From the IMG/VR virus record IMGVR_UViG_3300037485_001022, positions 1 to 53,120 of that record: a DNA stretch of 53,120 nt. One strand, given 5' to 3'. Positions 19,650 through 29,442 of the stretch are shown piece by piece. Under the pieces are notes generated by a model. That model searched no databases, had not been told where the DNA came from, and saw only the letters and a list, made by a program, of their open reading frames with translations. Positions within the stretch are counted from its first letter, which is position 1. Every line of letters starts with the position of its first letter. The position numbers and the translations under genes are program-made. This stretch comes from a virus. Its lineage: Duplodnaviria > Caudoviricetes.

Positions 19650-20170
19650 TTTTGTTTCAAACCGCCGGAAACGGCCATTGTTGCGCGTTTTGAGGCTAGA
19701 CCCTTGAAAGGATAAGGGGTATACCTTGAAACGCCGATTTTGGCCTATCTCCGTGCGGCTGTTGGGCATCGAGCAAACAAAATGCCACGCTTCAAACCGG
19801 AAACTACAATATACCATGTTTTATCATCCAATCACAAAATGCCATATATCCATACGCGCCTATACGTGCGCGGTATTGAAATACCTTACCGGTCTGGTAA
19901 AAGAGGATCATATTAAACTATGCTAGGATGGGGGGGATAATAAAGAGTTCTTTTGTTCTTTTGTTCTTATAGGGGGATGCAAGGGGGACTTTTCTTATTT
20001 TCTTATTTTCTTACGGGGGGGAAACCTATACTTTTTGTTATGTTTTGGGTAAATCAATCTCCGCAATGGGATAATCCGTAAATCCGCAACAAACGAAAGG
20101 ATGTGCCAACCGCATTTAATTTGCAAGATCACGCCGCGAAAAACGTTAAGCAAGTGTCGCAAACAAAGGA
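19650..20170. other. largest non-coding interval; candidate replication origin/control region
   Basis: No convincing ORF; 8-bp tandem repeats, G tracts, ATCCG repeats and a promoter-like motif. Confidence 0.4.
20123..20148 (+). promoter_or_regulatory. degenerate copy of phage promoter-like motif GCAAGATC-N6-CGAAAAWCGTTA
   Basis: Same two boxes and spacing as 27994 and 38071; 30 bp upstream of ATG 20178. Confidence 0.55.
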
Positions 20171-20177
20171 TGACATT

Positions 20178-20534
20178 ATGACGAAAGTTAAAATTCAAAG
20201 CAAATCCAATAGATTCTCTGAGGAATACTGCCGCATTGTTCCGTTTAATAACTTCTATGAACTCCGGTTACAGATAGCTGATTCAGTATTCCGCATTTAT
20301 GGACAGTACAGCAAACATCAGGCCGTAATTGCAGCCCGGTATGTTGGCCGCGCCCTCAACAAGTTCCTGAAAAAGGAAACTGAGGCACAGCAAGCAGAAC
20401 TTACTGTACTGCGTGATCGTATCTCCGAACTTGAGAAACACATCATTGCAGTACATGAAGCAGTAATTACTGGTAAACTTACTAATTATAATGATATTCT
20501 TGCCGTTTTTAACACACCGGGGGTTGCGCCATGA
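20178..20534 (+). CDS. hypothetical protein
   Basis: AAAGGA RBS before ATG 20178. Confidence 0.65.
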   Translation: MTKVKIQSKSNRFSEEYCRIVPFNNFYELRLQIADSVFRIYGQYSKHQAVIAARYVGRALNKFLKKETEAQQAELTVLRDRISELEKHIIAVHEAVITGKLTNYNDILAVFNTPGVAP

Positions 20535-20728
20535 GTATGAATGATAGCGATGGGACATTCATCACGCTTGTAATTGTGTTCGTAATCGGGTTTGTGTTTG
20601 GGGGTATTACTATCGGGGGCAAAGTAAGAAATAACATTCGACAAGATGCAGTAGTTACTGGGCATGCACACTATACTAACGATGTAAATGGTGCTTCCGT
20701 TTGGGCTTGGAAAACAGTTAAGGATTAA
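20531..20728 (+). CDS. small membrane protein
   Basis: Hydrophobic FITLVIVFVIGFVFGGITI. Confidence 0.65.
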   Translation: MSMNDSDGTFITLVIVFVIGFVFGGITIGGKVRNNIRQDAVVTGHAHYTNDVNGASVWAWKTVKD

Positions 20729-20916
20729 CATGATACTTGAAATACCCAAGGACGTAGTTTTTTGGGATGAAACTACTGGTGATAAACTCTGTTTCACTTG
20801 TGCTGTTAGACGTGTTATGACAACGGATACACAAGTTACCTTGATTGGCGATAACCATAATCGGCTATGTTCGTGTTGTTTTAAGACAATTCGGGATACA
20901 GTGAAGGAGGATTAAC

Positions 20917-21198
20917 ATGAAAACTAAGATTGGTATGGTTGATGTAGATTCGGGTATGCTCATGGTGGGCGACCCTTGCTATTTTATTGGCAAGGATGCA
21001 AGTATTAATGACCGCTGCACTAGTTGGAGTCAGGCTTGTGATGAAGTCTTTTGTAAGGACGGTCCTAGGCGTGATACGCCATTGGATGTATACAAGTTAG
21101 GTATAGCCATTGGTACTACAAACGGTGATGGCAGCTATCCGGTTTATCTCGAAACTACTGCTGCAGGGCGTAGGCGTTTGATTGTCAACTTGGATTAA
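20917..21198 (+). CDS. hypothetical protein (VDSG..GDPCY..GDGSYPV)
   Basis: AGGAGG RBS; motif set resembles DUF4241-like proteins. Confidence 0.65.
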   Translation: MKTKIGMVDVDSGMLMVGDPCYFIGKDASINDRCTSWSQACDEVFCKDGPRRDTPLDVYKLGIAIGTTNGDGSYPVYLETTAAGRRRLIVNLD

Positions 21199-21712
21199 AC
21201 TATGAAATACTGTACCGATTGTGCATATTCAGATTTATACCGATGCCGTGCGCCACAACACATGACTACAAACCCAGTTGACGGTAGTTTAATTCCGCGA
21301 TTCTTTACTACCTGCAATGGGCATAGGTTTGGTGAGTTTACCGGTTGGTTTTGGTGCAGGGTATTGCGTATCTGTGGTAAAGAGGGTAGATGGTTTAAGC
21401 AGTACAAGGAAACTACATGAAAGAATGTATTACACACCATTATGCTTGTGATTGCAGGGAAGAAGCAATCCGCAAGTTTATTGTAGAACTATTAGCGTAC
21501 CTGCAACAGGATATGCCGTTAGCTAAGCATACTGAACTATGGGAAACCGCTGTAACCCTTGGTTATGTTAAACCTTTTGCTAGGTACTAGGTACTAACTA
21601 TGAACTTTACCACGATTAAAGTAGCGACTGTAACTAACTTTTATAAGTGGTGCAATACCATTTATGATTGTTGTGTCTTGGCTTACTGTGCTCACATAGT
21701 TTAACACTTTAT

Positions 21713-21775
21713 GGGCGTGGACTGTGCTGGCTAAGGGATGTAATGTCATGCGCTGGTGTAGTCCACTGCCCTCCA
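21713..21775 (+). ncRNA. candidate structured RNA: 19-bp stem with TCCA 3' end, upstream of rtcB
   Basis: GGGC/GCCC plus a 15-bp stem with five G-U pairs. Confidence 0.55.
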
Positions 21776-21790
21776 TTTTAGGAGTTAATC

Positions 21791-22903
21791 ATGCAGATCA
21801 ATACCGATAAACCATATAAAATCTTTGCGGAAGTGCTTGAACAGGAAGCGTTAAACCAGTTTGAAAGCGCGATGCAACAGCCATTCGTAGTACGTGGCGC
21901 ATTGATGCCGGATGCACATGCAGGCTACTCACTGCCTATTGGTGCGGTTGTAGCGACTGATGGTGTTGTTATTCCCGCTTGGGTAGGCTATGACATTGGC
22001 TGCGGAATGTGTGCGTTGCCTACAACCTATAATGTGGACTCAATCCGGAGCAAAGGCAAAGAGATTTTCGATGGTATCTACAAGGCTGTGCCTGTTGGCT
22101 TCACGCATAACGCAACAGACTCCGTGTGGCCAGATAGCCGGTATATTCCGCGAACGGCTGTAATGCAGGAGATTTTTGATAAGAACGGATTGAAGCAACT
22201 GGGAACACTTGGGGGTGGAAACCACTTTATCGAAGTAGGGGCAGACGATACTGGCAAAGTTTGGATTGTTATACATTCCGGTAGTCGTGGGCTAGGGCAT
22301 ACTACTGCAACTCACTATATGCGGCTTGCTAGTGGCGATGGAAAGGCGCGTGAGGGACATTTTGGCTTTAGGGTTGACAGTACAGACGGCCAGAACTATA
22401 TTAAGGATTTGAATTTCTGCTTGGCGTTTGCGCTTGAGAACCGATTTGAAATCATGCGTAGAGTTGTTGGTGTTCTTGATTCTGTTGTTACCGGTGAACC
22501 ATATTGGTTTGAACTTATAAATCGAAACCACAACCATGCTGAAATTAAAGATGGGATGTGGATTCACCGTAAGGGTGCTACTCATGCTGAAGTTGGAATG
22601 AAGGGTGTGATACCGGGTAACATGCGTGATGGTAGTTTCATTGTTTGTGGGAAAGGAAATCCTAACGCCCTTTGGTCTAGTTCACATGGGGCAGGGCGTG
22701 TACTTGGCCGCAAGGAGGCTAAGCGTACTTTGAGTATGGATAGCTTTACGGAAACGATGTCTGGTGTTGTTGCGCTTGTGACTGATGACACACTGGACGA
22801 ATCGCCATTTGCTTATAAGGATATTTATAGTGTGATGGCACAGCAAAGCGATATGGTAGAAACGATTGCACATGTGCATCCGATAGTCAATATCAAGGGT
22901 TAA
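21791..22903 (+). CDS. rtcB: RtcB RNA 3'-phosphate/5'-OH ligase
   Basis: MPDAH, GYDIGCG, GTLGGGNHFIE, HSGSRG, HNH, HRKGA, SHGAGR, ESPFAYK, C-terminal IKG. Confidence 0.96.
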   Translation: MQINTDKPYKIFAEVLEQEALNQFESAMQQPFVVRGALMPDAHAGYSLPIGAVVATDGVVIPAWVGYDIGCGMCALPTTYNVDSIRSKGKEIFDGIYKAVPVGFTHNATDSVWPDSRYIPRTAVMQEIFDKNGLKQLGTLGGGNHFIEVGADDTGKVWIVIHSGSRGLGHTTATHYMRLASGDGKAREGHFGFRVDSTDGQNYIKDLNFCLAFALENRFEIMRRVVGVLDSVVTGEPYWFELINRNHNHAEIKDGMWIHRKGATHAEVGMKGVIPGNMRDGSFIVCGKGNPNALWSSSHGAGRVLGRKEAKRTLSMDSFTETMSGVVALVTDDTLDESPFAYKDIYSVMAQQSDMVETIAHVHPIVNIKG

Positions 22904-23088
22904 CTATATGCCGTACTACGGAGTAACATTTATTCATACTTCCTGTATAGAAGCGGACAATGAGGATGACGCTAAGAAACAGTTAGTTGAATCCGTCTGT
23001 GACAACGCAGTTGCTGATGAATGTGATGCTGCTGAAATATCTGAAGCAGATTATAACGAATACTGGTATCGGCACTACCTAGATTAAT

Positions 23089-23937
23089 ATGAAAAAAGAA
23101 TATCCATTAGACTTCATGCGTTTCTATCAGGTATATCCTAAGTCACGTCATGCAGGATATGTACTGCCTTTCCGGTCTTGGGAATCACTGCGGAAAAAGA
23201 ATGAACTACCTGATATTGATACAATCATTAGTGCAGTAGAAGCACAGAAGAAAACAAAGCAGTGGATTGGTGGTTATGTCCAGATGATGTCCACTTGGCT
23301 TAATCAGCACATGTGGGAAGCTAACATTATTGATAACGACCTTAAAGAAGAACACGAAACCAACACAAAGCAGCAGGTACAGGACGAGTTTGTAAACCAG
23401 CAACAAACACTTAACCGTGAGATACTTGCTAACAAGGTAACTGAACGGGATAGACTAGTATATAACATTACTAAGTTTATTAAACATTCTGATACTAAAC
23501 TAGTTGGTGATATAGCTAACTATTTTGGTGATATTATATCGTATGACGATGTAACATTCTATGCTAATTCTGAATCATCCGTATTACAGACACCTGCACT
23601 AATCCATGACTGTTTAGTTGACGTATGCGGGTTACGAAACAAGGAAAACAGTTTAGAACGCCTACAATACGTATTTGATAATTATCGTAATGTACTTTTA
23701 ATTACACTATTTGTACGGTATTGTGACGGTGCTGCCTGTGACATACTACCAAAAATAGTTAAGTTCAGTTTGCTTGAAATTGCTAATGCGCGTAAACTAG
23801 TCCATGTGTTATGTACACCTGAAAAGTGTAATGACTTTAGAACTAGATTTAACCTTAAACCTTATTTCAATACGGACTCATGGTTACTGTCGGTTGCACC
23901 CGAAGTAGCATTGAGGCCATTTCCAGAGTTACTATGA
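23089..23937 (+). CDS. protein with phage replication-initiator-like N-terminal domain
   Basis: FMRFYQVYPK...STWLNQHMWE resembles the FxxFWxxYP..TWLNxxRW domain of phage replication proteins. Confidence 0.5.
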   Translation: MKKEYPLDFMRFYQVYPKSRHAGYVLPFRSWESLRKKNELPDIDTIISAVEAQKKTKQWIGGYVQMMSTWLNQHMWEANIIDNDLKEEHETNTKQQVQDEFVNQQQTLNREILANKVTERDRLVYNITKFIKHSDTKLVGDIANYFGDIISYDDVTFYANSESSVLQTPALIHDCLVDVCGLRNKENSLERLQYVFDNYRNVLLITLFVRYCDGAACDILPKIVKFSLLEIANARKLVHVLCTPEKCNDFRTRFNLKPYFNTDSWLLSVAPEVALRPFPELL

Positions 23938-24887
23938 TTACTTTGCTTACAGGTGATTGCCGAGAAGTACTGAAAACCCGTCCTAGTGCTAGTGTTCATT
24001 GTTGTATTACTAGCCCACCTTATTGGGGTTTACGTTCGTATGGTATGGGTGCAGATAGCGGGGAACTAGGACTTGAAGCAACACCGCAAGAGTATGTAAA
24101 TAACATGGTTGCCGTATGCAAAGAAGTGAAACGTGTACTGCGTGCTGATGGCACACTATGGCTTAACTTAGGAGATAGTTACGCAGGAGGGGGACGCGGA
24201 AGCGGATATAGTGATAAACAAGACAGTAATGGTGGTACAGTTGGTATGCCCCCGAGTATCATACCGACTGGTTGTAAACCTAAAGACCTAGTTGGTATTC
24301 CGTGGATGGTAGCGGTTGCCTTACGTGCTGATGGGTGGTATCTGCGGCAGGATATTATATGGGCAAAACCTAATCCAATGCCAGAATCTGTGACTGATAG
24401 GTGTACAAAGTCGCATGAGCATGTTTTCCTTCTAAGTATATCTAGTAAATATTACTATGACGCTGCCGCAATTCAAGAACCTGCAGCTTATGATGGGCGT
24501 AAAGATACGGTTATGCACGGTGGCAAGAAAGACCCCGCTGGTTATACTGGTGTTGGGGCTGAACAATCCATGCAGACAAACGGGCATGAACGCTGGCAAC
24601 TAGATAAGGATGGTAACAGGGTTCGTAATAAACGTGACGTATGGACAGTACCTACATTCCCATATAAGGGTAGTCACTTTGCTACATTTCCACCTGCACT
24701 AATACGTCCTATGGTTCTAGCAGGATGCCCGCAAGGAGGTACTATCCTGGACCCGTTTGGCGGTAGTGGTACAACAGGGGAAGTGGCTGAATCAGAAGGG
24801 CGTAACGCAATACTTATTGACTTAAATCCTGCAAATCTTGAACTGCAAAAGGCACGTACAGCCCAACGCGGATTATTTACGCTATGA
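23934..24887 (+). CDS. beta-class N4-C/N6-A DNA methyltransferase
   Basis: TSPPY catalytic motif, HFATFP, DPFGGSGTT SAM-binding motif. Confidence 0.93.
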   Translation: MITLLTGDCREVLKTRPSASVHCCITSPPYWGLRSYGMGADSGELGLEATPQEYVNNMVAVCKEVKRVLRADGTLWLNLGDSYAGGGRGSGYSDKQDSNGGTVGMPPSIIPTGCKPKDLVGIPWMVAVALRADGWYLRQDIIWAKPNPMPESVTDRCTKSHEHVFLLSISSKYYYDAAAIQEPAAYDGRKDTVMHGGKKDPAGYTGVGAEQSMQTNGHERWQLDKDGNRVRNKRDVWTVPTFPYKGSHFATFPPALIRPMVLAGCPQGGTILDPFGGSGTTGEVAESEGRNAILIDLNPANLELQKARTAQRGLFTL

Positions 24888-25210
24888 TCTCTAAACAGAT
24901 AGTTAGTATGTTGTGCCGGAAGGCTAAGCAAGCACAATCTACCTATAAAATATCGGCAATGGCCTTTAATCATAAGGGCGAGTTGCTTGGATGCGCTACC
25001 AATGGGTTTCGTACAGAGAACCTTAAACCCGCTAGGGGTACTGGGTGTCATGCTGAACGTAAACTTATGGCAAGGTACGCGCATAACATAAGAACAATCA
25101 TTATATGTCGCATAGGTAAAACTGGTGATTTACTGCCTATTGAACCTTGTGCGGTATGCCAGAAGATTGCTGATAAGATGGGTATTAAGATTATCTCTGT
25201 AAAGGCGTAA
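24884..25210 (+). CDS. zinc-dependent cytidine/dCMP deaminase-fold protein
   Basis: HAE ... PCAVC. Confidence 0.8.
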   Translation: MISKQIVSMLCRKAKQAQSTYKISAMAFNHKGELLGCATNGFRTENLKPARGTGCHAERKLMARYAHNIRTIIICRIGKTGDLLPIEPCAVCQKIADKMGIKIISVKA

Positions 25211-25212
25211 TT

Positions 25213-25452
25213 ATGACAAACCCGTTTGAACATCTGACCGATGACGAAATTATTAATCTGCTTAAAGTTGAGTACCATAGACTAGCGGAAGCGTTAGGGG
25301 CATATTCCTTAGCGGAGAGTAACATTAGGTACTTACGTCAACAGTGTCCACATAATGAAAAACAGTCATGGACTGATTCAGACGGCTTTAGTGGTTCCTT
25401 CAAAGTAGAGAAGTGCCTTATCTGTGGGTTGCAAAAGGATTATGGACTATGA
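25213..25452 (+). CDS. hypothetical protein
   Basis: 79-aa ORF with CPH..CLICG. Confidence 0.65.
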   Translation: MTNPFEHLTDDEIINLLKVEYHRLAEALGAYSLAESNIRYLRQQCPHNEKQSWTDSDGFSGSFKVEKCLICGLQKDYGL

Positions 25453-25641
25453 GTAGAGATATTATACTATCAGCGTTAGAAGGGTATCGTTGTAATCACA
25501 TTACTGATAGAAAGTTGCTTATAGCCGTGTTAGCACAAGGCAACACTAGTGAAGAGGTTGGGCGGGAACTTAACGATCTTGCTGATTATATAGATGGAAT
25601 TCTTACTGACCTTGACCGTTTCCGTGAATAGGATACCCATT

Positions 25642-27213
25642 ATGGAGTTAATCATTAAAGATACGGGCATTGATTCCGTAATTGAACGTGATATTATTGA
25701 GAACGCAATCGCTAATGACGAATACCTAAAGCGGTTTGTGCAGGTTCCCCATTGGAAGGGGCTACTCACTACGCAATGGGCTGACGTTGTACTAGCCGCT
25801 TGTGTGGCGTTCTATAAGAATCATAAGGCAGCACCTAAGAAACAGTATATCATTGAGTACCTTAATCAGAATCAAAAGACGTTCCGGTTAAGCGATGATG
25901 TATTGCCTGCAATGGTAGAGTTTATCACTGCCATTGACGAAACCAAGCCTATCAATCCTAGTTTTGAGATTGATAACACGGTAAACTTTCTAAAGAAACG
26001 GGCACTACGCAAGGCTAAAGATAATATTGAAACTGCGCTAGACGCAGATAACCTTGAACTAGCTGAAAAGGCATTTACTTCTATGCCGTCTAAGGTTACG
26101 GCTGTAGACGAACTAGACGTGCTAGATATGGCTTCTACCTTGCAGGAAGCTACTAGCTTAAATGAAGACCCTATCCTGCAGATGGGTGGCCCGTTTGGTG
26201 ATTTAGTTGCCCCACATATTAAATCAGGCAAGTTTGTGTTTTTCCTTGCTACAGCGAAAGCGGGTAAAACATGGTGTCTTTATACACTAGCTGCTGCATG
26301 TTATAATTCAGCAAAAAACGTACTAGTCTTTGCTGCTGGCGATATGGATAAGAATGACAACTCTATCCGTATCGGGCATATCATGTCTAATCAGGATACA
26401 GCATCAGACCCAACACATACAGGTATCTATGCTTTTCCTACTACAGATTGCCTGCTAAACCAGAATCAAACATGTAAACTATCTACTAATAAATGTAAGT
26501 TACAAGCACCTGTTGAAGATTCCATGAAGGAGTGTGATAGTGCAGAGGCACTCATGGCTACCATACCGCCCGGTTACGCCGCTTGTGCCAACTGTCGGCA
26601 TTGCGTGGACTGGGTGCCTACTTTCACCTACGAACCGCATGATGTCCAATATAAGGGTTGGCAGGGGTTAAACGCACACAAGGAGATTAGTAAACGGCGA
26701 AACGGTAAAACTAAGTTTCGTGTAAAAATCTACCCCAACAATACGCTAACTACACAGGAGATTGAACGGCAGTTAATTCACTGTCGGGATAACGAGGGAT
26801 GGATGCCTGACGTTGTAGTTATTGACTATGCCGATATTATGGGTAAAGAAGAAGGTGATAATAGCGTAGAGCAAAGACATAAGGAAAATGCACGATGGAT
26901 GAATTTACGTAAGCTAAGTAATGTTTACCCAATCTGTTTACTTACAGTTACCCAATCCAATAGGTCGGGGTTTGAAGTATCTAGTATTGGCGCAGTACAG
27001 GTAGGTGAAGATAAACGTAAACTTGATCACGCAACTGCCGTATTTAGTCTATCGCAAACACCGCTAGAAAAGCGGTTTAGGATTGCCCGTACTGCCTGTA
27101 TCATGGCACGGGGTAAAAGCCCTGATATTCATAAAGAGGTAGTGTTGTTGCAAGGGTATGAAGCAGGTAGGTTTGTAAGGGGTTCATTTTGGCGTAGGGT
27201 AAAGGAGAAATGA
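25642..27213 (+). CDS. DnaB/gp41-like replicative helicase with Cys-rich insertion
   Basis: Walker A ATAKAGKT, VIDYAD, TQSNR. Confidence 0.8.
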   Translation: MELIIKDTGIDSVIERDIIENAIANDEYLKRFVQVPHWKGLLTTQWADVVLAACVAFYKNHKAAPKKQYIIEYLNQNQKTFRLSDDVLPAMVEFITAIDETKPINPSFEIDNTVNFLKKRALRKAKDNIETALDADNLELAEKAFTSMPSKVTAVDELDVLDMASTLQEATSLNEDPILQMGGPFGDLVAPHIKSGKFVFFLATAKAGKTWCLYTLAAACYNSAKNVLVFAAGDMDKNDNSIRIGHIMSNQDTASDPTHTGIYAFPTTDCLLNQNQTCKLSTNKCKLQAPVEDSMKECDSAEALMATIPPGYAACANCRHCVDWVPTFTYEPHDVQYKGWQGLNAHKEISKRRNGKTKFRVKIYPNNTLTTQEIERQLIHCRDNEGWMPDVVVIDYADIMGKEEGDNSVEQRHKENARWMNLRKLSNVYPICLLTVTQSNRSGFEVSSIGAVQVGEDKRKLDHATAVFSLSQTPLEKRFRIARTACIMARGKSPDIHKEVVLLQGYEAGRFVRGSFWRRVKEK

Positions 27214-27214
27214 G

Positions 27215-27589
27215 ATGACTATACTACAAAGGTTCAAGGCGGTTAAGAATACGACATTGCGGTCTAAACTAGTTAAGAACTATAATAGGGCATACGCAAC
27301 TAGGACAGCTAACACGTATAAGGGTACTGACGGAAGCGCATTACTAAACGGGTTTATCTGGTCTAAGTCGCCGGAAGGATATCCGTACTGGGCTGATTTG
27401 TTCTTTGCTGATGTAGACGAAGGTGCTTCACTAGACCAGATATGGATTAAACTGTATGGTGGGGATTTGAATGCCCGTATTAAGCAACTAGAATCCGCTA
27501 TCCGTAAGACGATTAGGGAAAACAAGTGGTTAGCAGATGGGGAGAACTGCACACTGATTCACCTAAAGAATGTTTTGAAAAGGAAATAA
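27215..27589 (+). CDS. paralogue family A member
   Basis: MTILQRF..GFIWSKSPEGYPYW; C-terminal RIKQLE..CTLIHLKN. Confidence 0.8.
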   Translation: MTILQRFKAVKNTTLRSKLVKNYNRAYATRTANTYKGTDGSALLNGFIWSKSPEGYPYWADLFFADVDEGASLDQIWIKLYGGDLNARIKQLESAIRKTIRENKWLADGENCTLIHLKNVLKRK

Positions 27590-27590
27590 T

Positions 27591-27989
27591 ATGACTATAC
27601 TAGAATGTTTCAAGGGCATTAAGAGTCGTAGACTTCGGCGCAAGTTGCTTAGGAATTATAGCCCGACTTGGTGCGGGATTCCTGAAGCAAAACAAGTAGT
27701 AGCTTCTGATAAATGGGCATTGGAAAATGCTTTCTTTTGGGCAAAATCCTCAGAGGGGCATAACCACTGGTGCGCATTCCGTGATATGTTTATAGAAGGT
27801 GATACATTTGATACTGTATGGAATAGGATTAACTTTACTCATTTAGCTATCCCATCATCGAAACTTAAGCAGAGGATTAAGGTACTAGAGACCGCTATAT
27901 GTACTACACTAAAGGAAAGCAAACATTTAGCGGTTGGAGATGAGTGTACCCTTATTCACCTAAAGAACGCACTTGTAGATAAAACCTAA
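27591..27989 (+). CDS. paralogue family A member
   Basis: MTILECF..AFFWAKSSEGHNHW; C-terminal RIKVLE..CTLIHLKN. Confidence 0.8.
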   Translation: MTILECFKGIKSRRLRRKLLRNYSPTWCGIPEAKQVVASDKWALENAFFWAKSSEGHNHWCAFRDMFIEGDTFDTVWNRINFTHLAIPSSKLKQRIKVLETAICTTLKESKHLAVGDECTLIHLKNALVDKT

Positions 27990-27993
27990 ATCA

Positions 27994-28044
27994 AACAAAT
28001 AAACACGCAAGATCGGCAAGCGAAAATCGTTATCTTATGTAAGG
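27994..28044 (+). promoter_or_regulatory. 51-bp intergenic repeat, putative phage promoter
   Basis: 47/51 identical to 38071-38121; both lie directly upstream of replication genes. Confidence 0.75.
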
Positions 28045-28058
28045 GGAAAAGGGACACA

Positions 28059-28430
28059 ATGAACGCACAAACTATTAAAAACAAGTTGGACGCACTAAGC
28101 AAGTTACAGGAACAAGTTAAAAACGCAAATGACAATTTGACTGAAAGACTTGTTGCGGAATACGGTACTGGTGTACTGTCGGTAATTGTTGATTGGCGTG
28201 CAAACACCACAGCACTATCACAGGTTGTCGCTACACTCGATGCGGAAGTCAAGGAGGCTGTACTTGAACTAAATGAAACGGTATCCGGTACTGACCTACA
28301 GGCTATTCCATGCAAAGGCAAAACATCATGGGATGGTAAGGGACTTACAGGTTATGCAGTAGCACATCCTGAAATTAACGCATTTAAGAAAACTGGCAAT
28401 CCATACGTAATGATTAAGGCTAAGGAATAA
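28059..28430 (+). CDS. hypothetical phage protein, helical
   Basis: 123-aa ORF directly behind the promoter-like repeat. Confidence 0.75.
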   Translation: MNAQTIKNKLDALSKLQEQVKNANDNLTERLVAEYGTGVLSVIVDWRANTTALSQVVATLDAEVKEAVLELNETVSGTDLQAIPCKGKTSWDGKGLTGYAVAHPEINAFKKTGNPYVMIKAKE

Positions 28431-28432
28431 CT

Positions 28433-29437
28433 ATGACTATCAATCGTTTGACTTTACTGACTGCACTCAACACTGTTGCACCTGTTATCGGCCCGTCTAC
28501 TATGGCTATGCTGTCCTGTGTAGAGTTTACGGGCGAACGGATTGTGGCAACAGACCTAGACCGCTTTATCTCTGTGCCATTCGTTACAGATTTCAAGGGG
28601 CTAGTGCCTGCTAAGAAGGTTATTGCTTTCCTAAAGAGCATGACCTCCGAAACCGTAGACATGGCGATTACTGATAACTGTCTAGTAATCAAGTTTGGTA
28701 AGGCGCGTGGTCGCTTTGCTATGATTGAGGGGGAACTGCCTTGGGCTAAGATGGATGATAGCAAGTTAGCACCCTTCCCGTTCGATAGTGATCGGTTTAT
28801 GGATTGCTATGGTGTTACTGCACCCTATATCAGCAATGACGCTACCCGTATGGTTCTGCAAGGTATCTTCCTGTCTGATAAGGATATGGTTGCTACTGAT
28901 GGTCGGCGGTTGTCGCTGGTTACGGTTGGGGAAACTGGTATTGGTAAGGATGTTATCCTGTTGCCCGCCTTCCTTTCACTGGTAAAGGGCGAAACCATTA
29001 CCGAGTATGTTATTGACAATAACTACATTGCCTTCAAAACGGCTACGGGTGTACTGCTTGCTGGCCGTATGATTGATGCTGTGTATCCTAACTACAAGCA
29101 GGTTATTCCTACTATTGATGATACGTACATTGAGGTTGGCTTCCCAGATAACATTAGCGAGTACCTGAAACGGGCGATGCTCATTAATAGTGGTGCTATT
29201 AAGATGGAAGTTAAGGATACTGAATGTACTATTACTGCTAGTAATGAAGAGGGTGCAGACTATACCGAGACTATTCCGGTATCCGCTACAGGTGTAGTTA
29301 CCGTAACTGTTAATCCTACCTTTATGGTGTATGCCTTTAATGTGAATAGCACCCTGCATATATCTAATGCACTTGGGCCTATTGTGTCTAATCGGGATGA
29401 CGGCAAGATTGTTATTATGCCTATGCGTATCTCGTAA
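28433..29437 (+). CDS. dnaN: DNA polymerase III beta-type sliding clamp
   Basis: ATDLD, RMVLQGI, VATDGRRL, YPNYKQVIP, C-terminal IMPMR. Confidence 0.9.
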   Translation: MTINRLTLLTALNTVAPVIGPSTMAMLSCVEFTGERIVATDLDRFISVPFVTDFKGLVPAKKVIAFLKSMTSETVDMAITDNCLVIKFGKARGRFAMIEGELPWAKMDDSKLAPFPFDSDRFMDCYGVTAPYISNDATRMVLQGIFLSDKDMVATDGRRLSLVTVGETGIGKDVILLPAFLSLVKGETITEYVIDNNYIAFKTATGVLLAGRMIDAVYPNYKQVIPTIDDTYIEVGFPDNISEYLKRAMLINSGAIKMEVKDTECTITASNEEGADYTETIPVSATGVVTVTVNPTFMVYAFNVNSTLHISNALGPIVSNRDDGKIVIMPMRIS

Positions 29438-29442
29438 GTTGT

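Noticed and set aside
19726-20198. Short ORFs 19726-19926 (+) and 19995-20198 (-)
   Set aside because: Weak starts, low complexity and no motifs; better explained as non-coding control DNA
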